A stretch of 64,000 bases of DNA, from contig NC_043015.1 in assembly GCF_006345805.1 (NCBI RefSeq), positions 38,688,001 through 38,752,000 on the forward strand, given 5' to 3'. Positions 1 through 11,827 of this stretch are shown here, in pieces (positions within the stretch are counted from its first letter, which is position 1; each line of letters starts with the position of its first letter). The DNA is from Octopus sinensis. Lineage: Eukaryota. The notes beneath the pieces were generated by a model. The model ran no database searches. It had not been told where the DNA came from and saw only the letters and a list, made by a program, of their open reading frames with translations. The position numbers and the translations under genes were made by a program.

Positions 1-543
1 GGAAGCCTGACCTCGACAATAACCGCCGTTATCGCTCGAGTATTGGGGTCGATTCAATCGTCGCCTCTAGCCACCCTTCCAAAATTAGAGACCTCGCGCT
101 TGTAAATTATTATTGTTAAACACGATCTCTTCACGATAACCTCAGTAGCATTGTTACAGTTATCCTAAGACACCTTGGGTACAAATTTTACTAACGAAAA
201 CACAGACACGGGACGAAGCATTTGTAGGTCATGTTGTGATGTATCAATTACAAAGTTTCCTTCAGTCGACAGAGCAGCACATAAATGTATAAAGGGTATA
301 TAGACATATGCGCACAATGGTTAATATGTTTATTGTGAAAAACCCCGTGGTTTCTGGATTTGATGCAAGCGTAGTGCGCGACACGTTGGGAGGGTGTCTT
401 CTAGAACTGGAAACAATATTAAATTAAATGATCTAGGGGAAGTAACTCAAATGGACCTCATATTTTCATACGTTGAAGATATTATCCAGGCAGGGAGCTC
501 ATCACTGTATACTATGAACATCAAACAATGGGTACTACTTAAG

Positions 544-725
544 AAGAGTGGTCCCGGTACTCGCGCATCCGCGCTAGCTAATCGTGACTAGTCGATCCTT
601 TGTGTAAAAAAATTATTTATTTTGTGTTTTATTTACTTTGCTACGTAGTCGTTGTAGGATCGACTAGTTATGACTAGCTAGCGCGGATGCACAAGTACGC
701 GAGTGCGCGCACCGGGACTACTCTT
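544..725. mobile_element. Foldback MITE-like element (about 60-70 bp imperfect inverted arms, AT-rich spacer)
   Basis: Left arm aagagtggtcccggt-actcgcg-catccgcgctagcta..gactagtcgatcct matches the reverse complement of the right arm aggatcgactagt..tagctagcgcggatg..cgcgagt..accgggactactctt. TTAA lies at both flanks. Confidence 0.7.
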
Positions 726-1152
726 AATAATAATAATAATAAACATTGTATACAGTGCTCAGGTGCACTACAACTCATCGACTTATTCTTAAATAGTACC
801 CAAACAATATCTATCTCTCACCAGATGGAGTACTTTTTTTGTTGATCTTACCTTATGAGAAAAGTAAAATGGACTCATATCGAAAGAATGCCCTATATAC
901 CTTCAACACGTGGTTTTCTACAGCAAATTTATAATTTTGATTCCTAACGTGTATAGCCTATACAAGTTAGGCCATGTGCACAGAGTCCGGAGACGAGTTG
1001 GAGACGAGTTTTAAAACCTGCCTAGATAATATCTTCAGTGTATGAAACTCGTAGTTGCTCGTAATTATATACTGGGTACATTATACGATATTTATCTCTC
1101 ATCAGATGGAATACTTATTTTGTTGATTTTACCTCAACGGGAAAATAAACTA

Positions 1153-1663
1153 CCGTAAATCCTCGAGTATAGTCCGCCCCTGATTATAATGCGCAGGGGA
1201 TTTTTAGGGGGCTGTACCGCTGAAAAACCGAAACCTTGTGTATAATACGCACCCCTTCTCTAACTTGAGTCAAGGAGGTCTATATAACATCCTTTGTTTG
1301 TAAAATGTATACGGTAACGTCCTTTATTATTATTGTATATATAACATAATGCAAACGTGTAGCTTTTTTGTGCATTTTGTTTGCAGAAAATAAAGAAATA
1401 ACAGTAATAACGTTTAATAAATGTTGCTTACTGCAAGTTATGGATGATTCTTTTATGGCTTCATTGCTTTCAGGCTTAGCTTAAGGTAGTTTCGCGCCTG
1501 ACATCACAAAATGCATCTGAATAAACATTGCCGGACAGCAAATAGGGACTCAGACATTGCTTAGAAAATAATTTTCATTTTTAACCTCGTATATAGTACG
1601 CACTAAGGATTTTGACCTTTAAATTTTGGGGAAAAAATGTAGATCATACTCGAGGATTTACGG
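1153..1663. mobile_element. Non-autonomous pogo/Tigger-like (Tc1/mariner superfamily) DNA transposon
   Basis: TIRs CCGTAAATCCTCGAGTAT ... ATACTCGAGGATTTACGG, flanked by a TA target duplication (1151-1152, 1664-1665). No transposase ORF. Confidence 0.85.
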
Positions 1664-2464
1664 TACATATATATTATGCATACCATCGTCAATACCCTTG
1701 CTGCAGTCCTTCGTCATCATCTGGTTCATGAGGTGCAGCCTCCTGAAATCAGTCTGAATCTCTTCTTCCTAACACAGAGACACAAACTTATATATATTCA
1801 TTTGAAACAAAAGATATTCAATCTGCTGCTACTCTGAGTTTCTCACTTTGAATGTTTCTGTTGCCAAAAAACAAATCCACAAAGCAAAAAACTCAAAGAC
1901 ATGGTGTAAATCTTTGAATGAATGAATTAAATCTGCACCATGTATTGAGTACTCTTTCTCATTTGTACATTCATTTCCACATTATATATATATATAATGT
2001 GGAAATATAAAATAAGATTTCATCTATCATTAAAAAGCATTCACCTCCCTAAATACCAGATTAGTTATTTTCATAACAGTTGTGACTAAAATTTATAAGC
2101 AGGGACTGCACTTTTTATCAGAAGTTCTTGCGATAGAAGCCATGAATAAAGATTAATCTCTTTAGACATGTCGCATAAAAATCTATTGTACGCTTCTCTG
2201 TTTATCTTTGTAGTTATTTAGTCTCCTGCCAGGCCTAATCTAAAAGACATTTGACAGGGTTTCCTCCCCAACCATCCACTATCTTTTGTGCATCTTGGGA
2301 AAAAGTTATCCAGTGTGCTGTTCATTTTTATTTTGGTGCAAAGATCCTTGTTTTGGCAGATGCCTTGAGCTTTAAAGAAAGTCTCCAAAAATGAATAATG
2401 TTAGTGTAGGTAAAGAGAAGATATTATAACAATTTGGAATTTTATATTTAGTTATTGTGTTAAT

Positions 2465-2853
2465 ATCAATTTCTTTTCGCCGGCCAAAGCAAGGTGCATC
2501 TCTTACTGAAAAATTCCCTGATTGAAATCGAGCAAACCATTTCTGGCACACCCGTTCTGAAACAGCATTCTCTCCATACACATTGCATAACTTTTGGCAA
2601 GTTCCTGTTGCTTTCTTTCCTTTTCTGAAGTAAAAAAAACATAAGATGCCGATAGTGCTCTGCCCGGTCTTCCATGTCTAGGCTCAAATGCAATCAAACA
2701 AGTTGCAATCTCTCTCCTTTGAGGCTTGTTACACACTGATGTAACCTTGGTCGTTATACCGAATACAGTTTCTAAAGAAAAAGAATATCGGAACAGTGAT
2801 TAGAAGACTGGACTATTGATACTAAAAAAAAATTGACTTTTTGGCCAACCCAA
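2465..2853 (-). mobile_element. Mariner transposon 5' fragment (TIR plus frameshifted N-terminal HTH)
   Basis: The minus strand begins TA|TTGGGTTGGCCAAAAAGTC (mariner-type TIR). Peptides MEDRAEHYRHLMFF and YGENAVSERVCQKWFARFQSGNFSVRDAPCFGR are typical of the mariner transposase DNA-binding region. Confidence 0.85.
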
Positions 2854-3048
2854 TACCTTTTCTGGAAACAGGTGAGGCTTGGCAACCAGAAGGGCATCAG
2901 ACTGTAAAAAATCTGCCTCAATGAATTCCACCTGAATCATGCAAGAATGGAAGAGCAATGATGATGATTTGTGGGTGTGTGTGTGTTCATCAAAGGTCTC
3001 TTTTCTTTTTTATTCAGACATTCTATTTTCCTCTCTTAACTTTTTCAG

Positions 3049-3193
3049 ATTTCAAAGAGACCATGCACCACAGGGAAAGGACGTAGGCTGTGTCTATTGC
3101 ACACCCCTGCCGCACTCAAAAATGGCTGCTTGCGACATCACTTAAATTATGGCGGTATGAACCAATGTAAAAGAGCTTTTCATCTTTCAGCAG
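3049..3193 (+). CDS. DBT: DBT coding exon (first found in window; mitochondrial targeting peptide region)
   Basis: tttttcag acceptor and G|gtaaaa donor, 145 nt. Reads ISKRPCTTGKGRRLCLLHTPAALKNGCLRHHLNYGGMNQCKRAFHLSA (basic, no acidic residues). Its phase-1 end joins the next exon in frame. Confidence 0.75.
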
Positions 3194-3846
3194 GTAAAAA
3201 AAAAATATCTCTTCATTTTACTTCAATCCTTTATTAATTTCAATTCTGTTTTTGATGTCATCTCACCATAACACTGTATGTAGTGTGATGGTGGTGGTGG
3301 TGGTGAGGTGTTTAGCCCTGGTATTGCTCTGATCAAAGATGTTCGAGCAGGGATCATTCTGTATTTGTTCCAAGTAGAATGAATCCAGAATTACATGATC
3401 CTGGATGCGTTGGTTTTTCTTTCTCTTCTTCACTTTTTTTTTGTGTTTTGAAGGATGATAAAGTGCAATATGTGGGAGATTTGGCTGTTGTTCCTAGTAG
3501 GTCAACTAAGCAAATGGAGCCTCTCTCTTGCTCATTGTATAGTGTGGTTTGTTATCATGTGATAGATCCCATTGTGTGGTCTGAGTCGAGAAAGCAGAAT
3601 TTTGAAGAAGGCTGACTAATAATGCTTAGTGAGAGGATTTGGTGGATGGAAATAAGGCAGAAGCTCATCATGTGTGTGTGGCAGGGGTGTATGCCTTAGT
3701 TGGTTTGTTTATGTCCCACTAATTTAGAGGAATGGTGAAAAGAGACTAACAGAATAAGAACCAAACTTGAATAAGTATTGAGATTGATTTAAACTTGCTG
3801 GATTGTTTGAACTTGTAAAGCATAAATTCCTGAACTAGACTAGACA

Positions 3847-4244
3847 GGAGTGGCTGTGTGGTAAGTAGCTTGCTTACCAGCCACATGGTTCCGGGTTCAG
3901 TCCCACTGCATGGCACCTTGGACAAGTATCTTGTACTATAGCCTCGGGCCGACCAAAGCCTTGTGAGTGGTTTTGGTAGATGGAAACTGAAAGAAGCCCG
4001 TCGTATATATATATATATATGTGTGTGTATATGTTTGTGTGTCTGTGTTTGTCCCCTCAACATTGCTTGACAACCGATGCTGGTGTGTTTACGTCCCCCG
4101 TAACTTAGTGGTTCGGCAAAAGAGAACGATAGAATAAGTACTATGCCTTACAAAAAATATGTCCTGGGGTCGATTTGCTCGATTAAAGGTGGTGCTCCAG
4201 CATGGCCACAGTCAAATGACTGAAACAAGTAAAAGAGTAAAAAG
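3847..4244 (+). mobile_element. tRNA-derived SINE family A (full length)
   Basis: A-box-like TGGCTGTGTGG and B-box-like GGTTCAGTCCC; core ggcaccttggacaagtatctt..gaaactgaaagaagcccgtcg; internal (TA/TG)n; 3' cagcatggccacagtcaaatgactgaaacaagtaaaaga. The family recurs many times in the window. Confidence 0.85.
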
Positions 4245-4379
4245 GGAGTAGACTACACTGCATGTTTATGTAACTTTCCGATCATTTATGGGGTGAAACA
4301 ACATACTAAGTGTCAGTGCACCCACTATTACAATACTACCAATCTCAATGGGTACCTTCCTTCCCAAAGCTTCAACAAG

Positions 4380-4750
4380 GAGGAGCAATGGCCCAATGGT
4401 TAGGGCAGCAAACTCGCGGTCGGAGGATAAAGATTTTGATTCCCAGACCGGGCGTTATGTGTGTTTATTGAGCGAAAACACCTAAAGCTCCACGAGGCTC
4501 CGGCAGGGGGTGGTGGCGACCCCTGTTGTACTCTTTCGCTACAACTTTCTCTCACTCTTTCTTCTTGTTTCTTGTCCCCGACTTCCTACGCAACCGCTGA
4601 GCCTGGATGCGCATTCATCCATCCGTTGATGCTCTCAGTGTCGGGGGTTGACCTGCTTTCTCTTCTGCGGGTCTTACGAATAGCAAAGAACCACGTTTCG
4701 GACTTCTCCCACTAATGGGACGAAGACCGCTTCACTCAACAGCAACAGCT
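4380..4750 (+). mobile_element. tRNA-derived SINE family C
   Basis: A-box TGGCCCAATGG and degenerate B-box; body gagcgaaaacacctaaagctccacgaggctcc..ggggtggtggcgacccctg. A second copy is inverted at about 11040-11262. Confidence 0.75.
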
Positions 4751-4905
4751 TCAACAAATTAAGTCATGTGTGACAGACATTCTACAAACTAGCATTTGTG
4801 CAACCATTGCAAAACTTTTGACTTGCCTCAATAATAAAAGTCGTTTCGGACAGATTGTTGTTAATAAAATACTCTTGTGTTTCTTTTTGTTTTTTATGCC
4901 AACAG

Positions 4906-4981
4906 CTAGAAGTGGAGAAATTGTACAGTTTACCTTGGCAGATATTGGTGAAGGAATCAAAGAGGTCAACATAAAGGAATG
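4906..4981 (+). CDS. DBT: DBT coding exon (start of lipoyl domain)
   Basis: aacag acceptor and TG|gtaggt donor, 76 nt. ARSGEIVQFTLADIGEGIKEVNIKEW matches DBT QFxLSDIGEGIxEV. Confidence 0.95.
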
Positions 4982-5227
4982 GTAGGTTTCCATTAATTTT
5001 TTTTTTCCCCTTCTCACTCTTTTACTTTTTTACTTGTTTCAGTCATTTGACTGTGGCCATGCTGGAGCACTGCCTTTAGTCGAGCAAATCGACCCCAAGA
5101 CTTGTTCTTTGTAAACCTAGTACTTATTCTATCGGTCTCTTTTGCCGAACCACTAAGTTATGGGATGCCCTTCCTAACGCCAACCACTCCGTGAGTGTAG
5201 TGGGTGCTTTTTACGTGCCACCTGCAC

Positions 5228-5262
<35 letters not shown>

Positions 5263-5264
<2 letters not shown>

Positions 5265-6060
5265 ATTGGCAATGTTCCCAATTTCGTGAGGCATACATGA
5301 GGTCACCATCATGGTGTTAGACACATTGGAAACCTAAGTGGTCAGCGACATTCTGGAGAAGTATCAGGTGGTAAAAGAAGCAGATGCTTAACAAGGACAA
5401 ATTGGTGAGCTTGCAACCCAGAGTGGCGAATCCCTGTAGGGCAGCAGCTTCCATCACTGGATTGAGGGTCTGTTTAAAGTATTTCAGGTCTAGTTCAGAG
5501 GTGAATTATAACTGAGAAGCGGTCACATGCAGAGTGACCAGCCTCATTTAGAATTAAGCTGAGAGGAAGCCATTCTTATTGTATTGGACACAGGTGGCTT
5601 ATGTCCATACCCCTTTAGTGTGGAACTACTTACTACCCGAATGTTGTATCTTGTCCCCAGAAGCAACTGACCAGACTTGTACCAGATTGGAACCAAAATG
5701 CTGTTTCACTTCTTCTGGAAAGGATAGGCTAACACCCACTTCATGGGGGTCTTGGGGTTGCTGTTGTGCCAATCTCAGTCATAGGCTGTTGTTGATGCAT
5801 CTGTAAGATCCTGGACTCTGAGAGTACCTCTTTCTACAGTTTGGGTGTTTGGCATCTGGAATATTGTCAAGCACTCACTGCACTCCAACAGTTGGATAAT
5901 GTGGTCAGTGAAATGCCGACCCTTGCATTTTATAAAGAGAGATAAAAGTGAGGATAGCCTGGGGGTGATTCTGGTGTCGATGACGACTGTTTGGATGGTC
6001 TTTTCTTGGAGACTTTCAGGTGGGGAGTTGCATCAAAGTTAAATACTAGGATCAAAATCA
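5263..6060 (-). mobile_element. Heavily decayed Penelope-like reverse transcriptase fragment
   Basis: Frameshifted minus-strand peptides (GYPHFY, LSNCWSAVSA, EVLSRVQDLTDA, YFKQ) resemble the PLE RT motifs PKIHK..RPIxSNxGS..SxIKDTTD. Many stops; classification by eye only. Confidence 0.5.
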
Positions 6061-6161
6061 AGAGTACCAGCTACTCCCCCTCCCCTCAAAATGCTAGTCC
6101 TGTTGACCAAATGAGAAACCGATTAAGTGGTCACGTAACAGAAATATCTCTGTGTTTGCAG

Positions 6162-6471
6162 GTTTATCAATATTGGAGATGAAGTAGCTCAGTTTGACAG
6201 CATCTGTGAAGTGCAGAGTGACAAGGCATCGGTGACAATAACCAGCCGCTACGATGGCGTTGTACGGCGCCTTTACTACAACATCGATGACATAGCAAAA
6301 GTTGGAGCTCCTTTGGTGGATATAGAACTGCTAGGAGACACGGAAACGGAAGAGCAAGTGGATACTTTTGATGTAGAAGACAGCAAGTCTGAAGAACAGA
6401 TTCATGGAAAGCTTCAAGTGATGAAATCTTTGGCAACTCCAGCCGTGAGAAGGATTTCCATAGAGCAAAAG
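6162..6471 (+). CDS. DBT: DBT coding exon (lipoyl-Lys QSDKA, linker, start of subunit-binding domain)
   Basis: tttgcag acceptor and AAG|gtaatt donor, 310 nt. [40 protein letters not shown]...[14 protein letters not shown]. Confidence 0.97.
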
Positions 6472-6743
6472 GTAATTTCTTTAATTGTCCTTGTTTTTTT
6501 TCTTCCTCTTTTTCCTTCATTCTTCCATTTTTTTCATTTTCTGTTTTTCTTTATTTTTTCCTCTTCTTCCTTTTTCGACTTTCTTGTTCCTTCTTTCTTC
6601 TTGTCTTCTTTCTTCCACTTTTCATTTCTTATTCTTTTATTCTTTCTAGAACATTATTAAGAAATATATATTTTTTTTTTCTTTTCCTAGACTTGCACAA
6701 AGTTGTTTTAAATGTCACTGATTTCTTTTTCTATCCTACACAG

Positions 6744-6840
6744 ATTCCGTTAAGTTCTGTGATAGGAACTGGAAAAGATGGTAGGATTCTTAAAGAAGAT
6801 ATGTTGCGTCATATTGAAAATCTGACAAGAGCTCCACCTG
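6744..6840 (+). CDS. DBT: DBT coding exon (subunit-binding domain); alternative donor at 6867
   Basis: tacacag acceptor and CTG|gtatgt donor, 97 nt. IPLSSVIGTGKDGRILKEDMLRHIENLTRAPP contains the GxGKDGRILKED motif. Confidence 0.95.
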
Positions 6841-7261
6841 GTATGTTTCAATGTATAACTCCACCTGGTATGTTTCACTGTATATATATATATATATATG
6901 CTTGTGTATATGTATGTATGCATATATCTCTCTATTCGTTCATTTTACATGTTTTTTTATACTGGTACATATATATTCATACACACACACACACTGTCAC
7001 ATTCTAACCTTTCATCACCTGGCACAAGATCACCTCCTCCAATGCCCCCCATCCCCCCCTCAAAGGATCTTCATCTTGCAAGTTACTTGGTGACTTTACA
7101 AATGCTAATGCCATGTAAAAAGCATCCAGTCCACACTGTAAAGTTACTGGCATTTGGAAGGGCATCCAGCTGTAAAAAAACCATGCCAAAACAGGTGGCA
7201 AAGCATGAAGCAGTGTTCTACCTGTCAAACCATCCAATATATATATATATATAATAGAGAG

Positions 7262-7432
7262 AGAGAGAGAAAGCACCCATTACACTCTTGGAGTGGTTGG
7301 CATTAGGAAGGGCATCTAGCCATAGAAAACCATGCCAAATCAGACTGGATCCTGACACAGCCTCCAACGTGTCAGCCCAGTCAAACCATCCAACCCATGC
7401 CAGCATAGACAACAGACATTAAATGATGATGA
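7262..7432 (+). mobile_element. RTE-LINE/SINE 3' end (GGAAGGGCATCC domain plus (ATG)n tail)
   Basis: gagtggttggcattaggaagggcatctagccatagaaa..ccaacccatgccagcat..aaatgatgatgat. Same family at 9091-9330(-), 12352-12600(-), 12652-12820(-), 13445-13866(-), 26978-27211(+), 31403-31675(-), 51625-51762(+) and 60803-60962(+). Confidence 0.8.
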
Positions 7433-7877
7433 TACAAATATAAGTATATATAATAGTAATGAGAAGATGGATTTGGTATTAATCTTTATTTTGTGCCACG
7501 GTCGTTTCGACCCATGGGTGGGACTCTGTTTAACATGTGTTGCATCAACGACTGTTGTACAAAATAAAAATTAATACCAAATCCATCTTCTCGTTGATTA
7601 AGAAATTATCATAATTATCTGAACAAACACTACGGGGTTCCCTAAGTAGATCCAACAGAATTATACCCCAACTGCAGATGGCGCCAGGTAGCCCAAACTG
7701 TACCAGTGTTCTACTCAACACTTCAACACAGCAATTGATATACACCCATTAATCCAAAATTTAATATAAAGAGAGAGAGTGTGTGTGTGTGTGTGTAAGA
7801 GCCATTTATTTCTACACCATTGCCTCTGTGTCTCCACAGCTATTTTATTTAGTTCTGTATATTCTATTGTATTCCAG

Positions 7878-8161
7878 AGCCTCTCGTAGAAACAGCCCCT
7901 CTTCCTGCTGCTAAGAAGCGCAAACCTGAACCCGCAGTTCGGCCCTACATACCGCAGGCATCAGTCCAAGAAGACCGAGTCGAGCCTATTCGTGGTATTC
8001 GCAAGGCAATGGTCAAGAGCATGAATGCTGCCCATGCAATTCCTCACTTCGGTTACTATGACGACATTGACATGTCTAGTTTAGTCCAACTGAGATACGA
8101 CCTCAAGTCTACCAGCAAAGCCAGGGGCTTCAAGTTGTCTTTCATGCCATTTATTATCAAG
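7878..8161 (+). CDS. DBT: DBT coding exon (linker and start of catalytic domain)
   Basis: attccag acceptor and AAG|gtttgt donor, 284 nt. EPLVETAPLP...EDRVEPIRGIRKAMVKSMNAAHAIPHFGYYDDIDMSSLVQLRYDLK...KLSFMPFIIK. Confidence 0.95.
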
Positions 8162-8174
8162 GTTTGTGGAAGCT

Positions 8175-8650
8175 GCCATCACCAACATCACTATCACCAT
8201 CATCAACATCACTTTTAGCGCCATCATCACCACTACCACTACCACAGTCTTACTATACCATCAGCACCACCACCATCATCAATATCATTGCTATCATCAT
8301 CACTATCAAGAGCACCATCACCATCACCATTAACAACACTAGCATCACTACCAACACCAACACCACCACATCATCATCATTATCAATATCATCAGCACTT
8401 ACATTAAGACCACTAGCACCGTCACCATTCCCAGTACTACTACCACCACCATTAACAACATTAGGATCACCAACTTCACCACTCATCATCATCATCATCA
8501 TCATTATTGACACTAACACAGTAACTGCCACCACCATCACTGCTATTAACAACTAGCTTCACCACCACCAACACCACTGCTGCTGCCATCCACACCACTG
8601 AACACCACCAAAATTCAACAACAACACTACCATCATTATCAACAACCATT
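8175..8650. repeat. (CAC/CAT/AAC)n low-complexity trinucleotide tract
   Basis: Degenerate triplet repeats directly downstream of the exon donor; these explain the spurious T/I/M/V-rich ORFs. Confidence 0.9.
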
Positions 8651-9090
8651 AGCAGAAAAACAGGATGGCTGTCTTTGATTGTTGCTCCTCTGTCCAATCA
8701 AAGTTGGTCTGGCATTAAACAGTAACTAAAAGCAGCAGTCGTCCCCCCACCGCCTCCACTACCACCACCACCACGATTAGCAAATGTATTTATCTGTGCT
8801 CCCGTCTCTTGGCATTGAGCTACCTGCCTGTCTTCTCGCAGACCCCTGTAGTCAGTTAGGATGGTGAAGGAGCCTCTGTTGATTGGTTTATTTATGTGTT
8901 ATTTAGAGCAGCCTTTCTCAACCAGGGTTCCCTGGAACCCTAGGTTTCCGCAAAACGTCCCTAGAGGTTCCACAAGAAAGAATGAAATAAGCTAATACTA
9001 AATTCCATGATCGTGATATTACCAAACATGCACAGTATGTGTGCATATACGTTATATGTATATATATATATATGAATTTATAAATATATA

Positions 9091-9330
9091 TCATCATCAT
9101 CATCGTTTAGCGTCCGTTTTCCATGCTAGCATGGGTTGGACGGTTCTACTGGGGTCTGTGAAGCCAGAAGGCTTCATCAGGCCCAGTCAAATCTGGCAGT
9201 GTTTCTACGGCTGGATGCCCTTCCTAACGCCAACCACTCCGTGAGTGTAGTGGGTGCTTTTTACGTGCCACCCGCACTGGTGCCAGACAGAGCTGGCAAA
9301 CGGCCACGAACGGATGGTGCTTTTTATGTG
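9091..9330 (-). mobile_element. RTE-LINE/SINE 3' end, inverted relative to the copy at 7262
   Basis: catcatcatcgtttagcgtccgttttccatgctagcatgggttggacgg..ggatgcccttcctaacgccaaccactcc. Confidence 0.85.
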
Positions 9331-9717
9331 CCAAATTCATATATATATGAATTTTGAAAAATTATAACATATAACGATGAGACGTGTTATTTGTCTCTAA
9401 ATTATATGTTAATTGTTAAGGCATGGTTACTGATGAGGATTTGCCTAGCAAATTATTTTATTTGCTAAAATAATCTGAAACCAAGTATGACCGTAAATAA
9501 TAACAAGGTAAAAGTTTTTAGCTTTCATTCCCTTTGAAAATTGCTCTTAAAATGTGGTTTCGGTCGTTTTGACTGCTTCTTCTAGCATGTAAATATTACC
9601 TATTAAAGGTAGTTTTCTCTTGTGTTTAAATGTACACTATTCTATATATATATATTACTGAGATATACTTGCATAGCAAGTGACCTGATCTGAGATTGTG
9701 TGCTGGAATGGAAACAA

Positions 9718-9930
9718 TTGCAGTGTGGAAGGTGTTTATAAGCCATTTAAACACACACAAAAGCCATTAGATTCATGATGAATATCTATAGCACAGAATT
9801 TTGTCAGTGAACAATCAAGTCATGATCTCAAAGCGACGAAAATATTTTGGCAAATTAAATTTAGATGTTGAAGTGAATCTTACGGTTTTTGTGTGTTTTA
9901 AATGGTTTATAAACACCTTCCATGCTGCAA
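9718..9930. mobile_element. MITE with about 55 bp inverted termini
   Basis: ttgcagtgtggaaggtgtttataagccatttaaacacacacaaaa ... tttttgtgtgttttaaatggtttataaacaccttccatgctgcaa. Confidence 0.7.
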
Positions 9931-10590
9931 GTGTTATATAGGGAGAATTCACAAAAAAAAAAGCAAGATGAAGACAGGTGTTGTAGACAACAAACAGATG
10001 TATTAGTATAATACTTGGGAAGTGAAAAAGTCTTTCATGTGAGAAAGACTGGATCTTCTGATTGACCGAGTATCGGAGTTATTTCCCCTTTGCTTTGTCT
10101 CAGCTTCGTTATTAATTACTGAGCCTATAAGTTCCTCTTGTCGTTACAATAGTAATTATGATTGAGGTTATTTAGCTCACCACATATTTCAGTGTTGAAT
10201 ATGTATTGAAATGTGATAAGTAATTCTTCCCTTAACCCTGAAGGTTTTTCCTCAGAAAACAAACAAGGATTGAGTAGCATAATTTTTCACCTGCTTACTG
10301 CAGAAATCAGATAAGATCCACTCCAAATTTCATTAAACTATGGGAAAGCAGTTTTATATACTAATCTATCTTTTGTCGAGGAATGTCACGTTTGAAGCTG
10401 CTTTGTTGAGTTCATTGAGGCAGCATGGCTTGCAGAAAATATCAGTTCCAATTTTTGGTAGATATTTATTGTTGTTACTAGAACAACTGAAATTTCATTT
10501 CACAAAGAGGGAATATGAATTAACTGTTGAAGTTATTTTATAGCACAACTGATAAGACATTATCAATTCGAATTTAAGACAGATGCATTG

Positions 10591-10629
<39 letters not shown>

Positions 10630-10859
10630 CAGGGTTTGCGAAAAGTCACCTGACAGTAAATCAAAATTCCATAAATACTCTCTGTAATTCTGTATTGACT
10701 CGAATGGAAAACTGTGTTGTTCGAGAAGGACTTCAGTTGGAACAGTTTTCATGATGTTTCATATTTGGATGCTTTTATTAAATTCATTCAGTCGTTAAAC
10801 ATAAATAAATCTTGGAATTAAATGATCTTGATTTACTGTCAGGTGACTTTTGGCCAACC

Positions 10860-10862
<3 letters not shown>
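10630..10862. mobile_element. Tc1/mariner MITE inserted in (TA)n
   Basis: TIRs CAGGGTTTGCGAAAAGTCACCTGACAGTAAATCAA ... TTGATTTACTGTCAGGTGACTTTTGGCCAACCCTC, with TA flanks. Confidence 0.85.
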
Positions 10863-10906
<44 letters not shown>

Positions 10907-11827
10907 CAATAATAATAAAGAGTAAAATTAATTAATCAATTTATAATTAATAATCTTACCAAGTAGTTCAGTATGTTAAAAGAACCTTTATTGGTAAACT
11001 TATACTTATGACGTATGTGTGCCCCCCCCCCCCCCCCCCCCCCAGCTAGACGGGACGCCAGTCCATCGCAGCACTACTCAAGAAACAGGAAGAAAGAGTG
11101 AGAGTAACTCGGGGCAAAAGAGTACAAAACAGGGGTTGCCACCACCCCCTGCTGGAGCCTCGTGGAGCTTTAGGTGTTTTCGCTCAATAAACACACACAA
11201 CGCCCAGTCTGGGAATTGAAACTGCGAGTCCGCTGCCCTAACCACTGAGCCATTGCGCCTCCACACACATATAATATATATGTTCATATTCATAGGGAAT
11301 TAAATAAATGATATCAGCTTATGAGTTTAAGGGGCTGAAACCCTCTTCTAAAAAGTAAATACAGACAGATATTCAGATAAAATTTTATGTATGTATAAGT
11401 ATAAAGATAGGTATATGAAGAAATATGTAAATAAGTAAAAAAAATTGAATAATAGATACAAATGTAAACACACAGATGTATACACACGTGTGTGTGTGTG
11501 TGTACACATACTAGGCTTCTTTCAGTTTCCTTCCAAATTCACTCATAATAATAATAAATAAATTAAAATAAATATCATTCACAGTTTCTGTGTGATTTAG
11601 CTTACAAAATGACTGACTTAACCAATATCTGAGGTAAAACCTCTTACAGGATATTACGGCAGATTTTAGTTAAGTCGGTCATGTTTCTCCCAGGAATTGA
11701 TTTTAGACAAAAATCTTTCTTTAAAAAAAATACATGCAAAAACGAATGAATGCTGATTCTAAATTAATTATTGTTGTCTGTGATTCTAAATTAATGGATT
11801 TTAAATTTCCTCTCTTCTTCCCTGTAG

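Noticed and set aside
1676-1732. Possible DBT exon 1 (MHTIVNTLAAVLRHHLVHE|gtgcag, phase 0, similar length to the human first exon)
   Set aside because: Weak donor (no +5 G), directly abuts a MITE end, and lacks the Arg-rich presequence character. The true exon 1 is more likely upstream of the window.
8164-8697. 130-aa, 99-aa and 73-aa ORFs
   Set aside because: Translations of CAC/CAT/AAC triplet repeats in an intron.
9160-9200. CTGATGA on the minus strand of RTE-type tails (also near 59880) suggesting a hammerhead
   Set aside because: It is followed by a gaagcc-ttct-ggcttc hairpin but no GAAA or stem III. Other copies read ctggtgca or ctgatgtg, so the core is not conserved. It is more likely the LINE 3' stem-loop.
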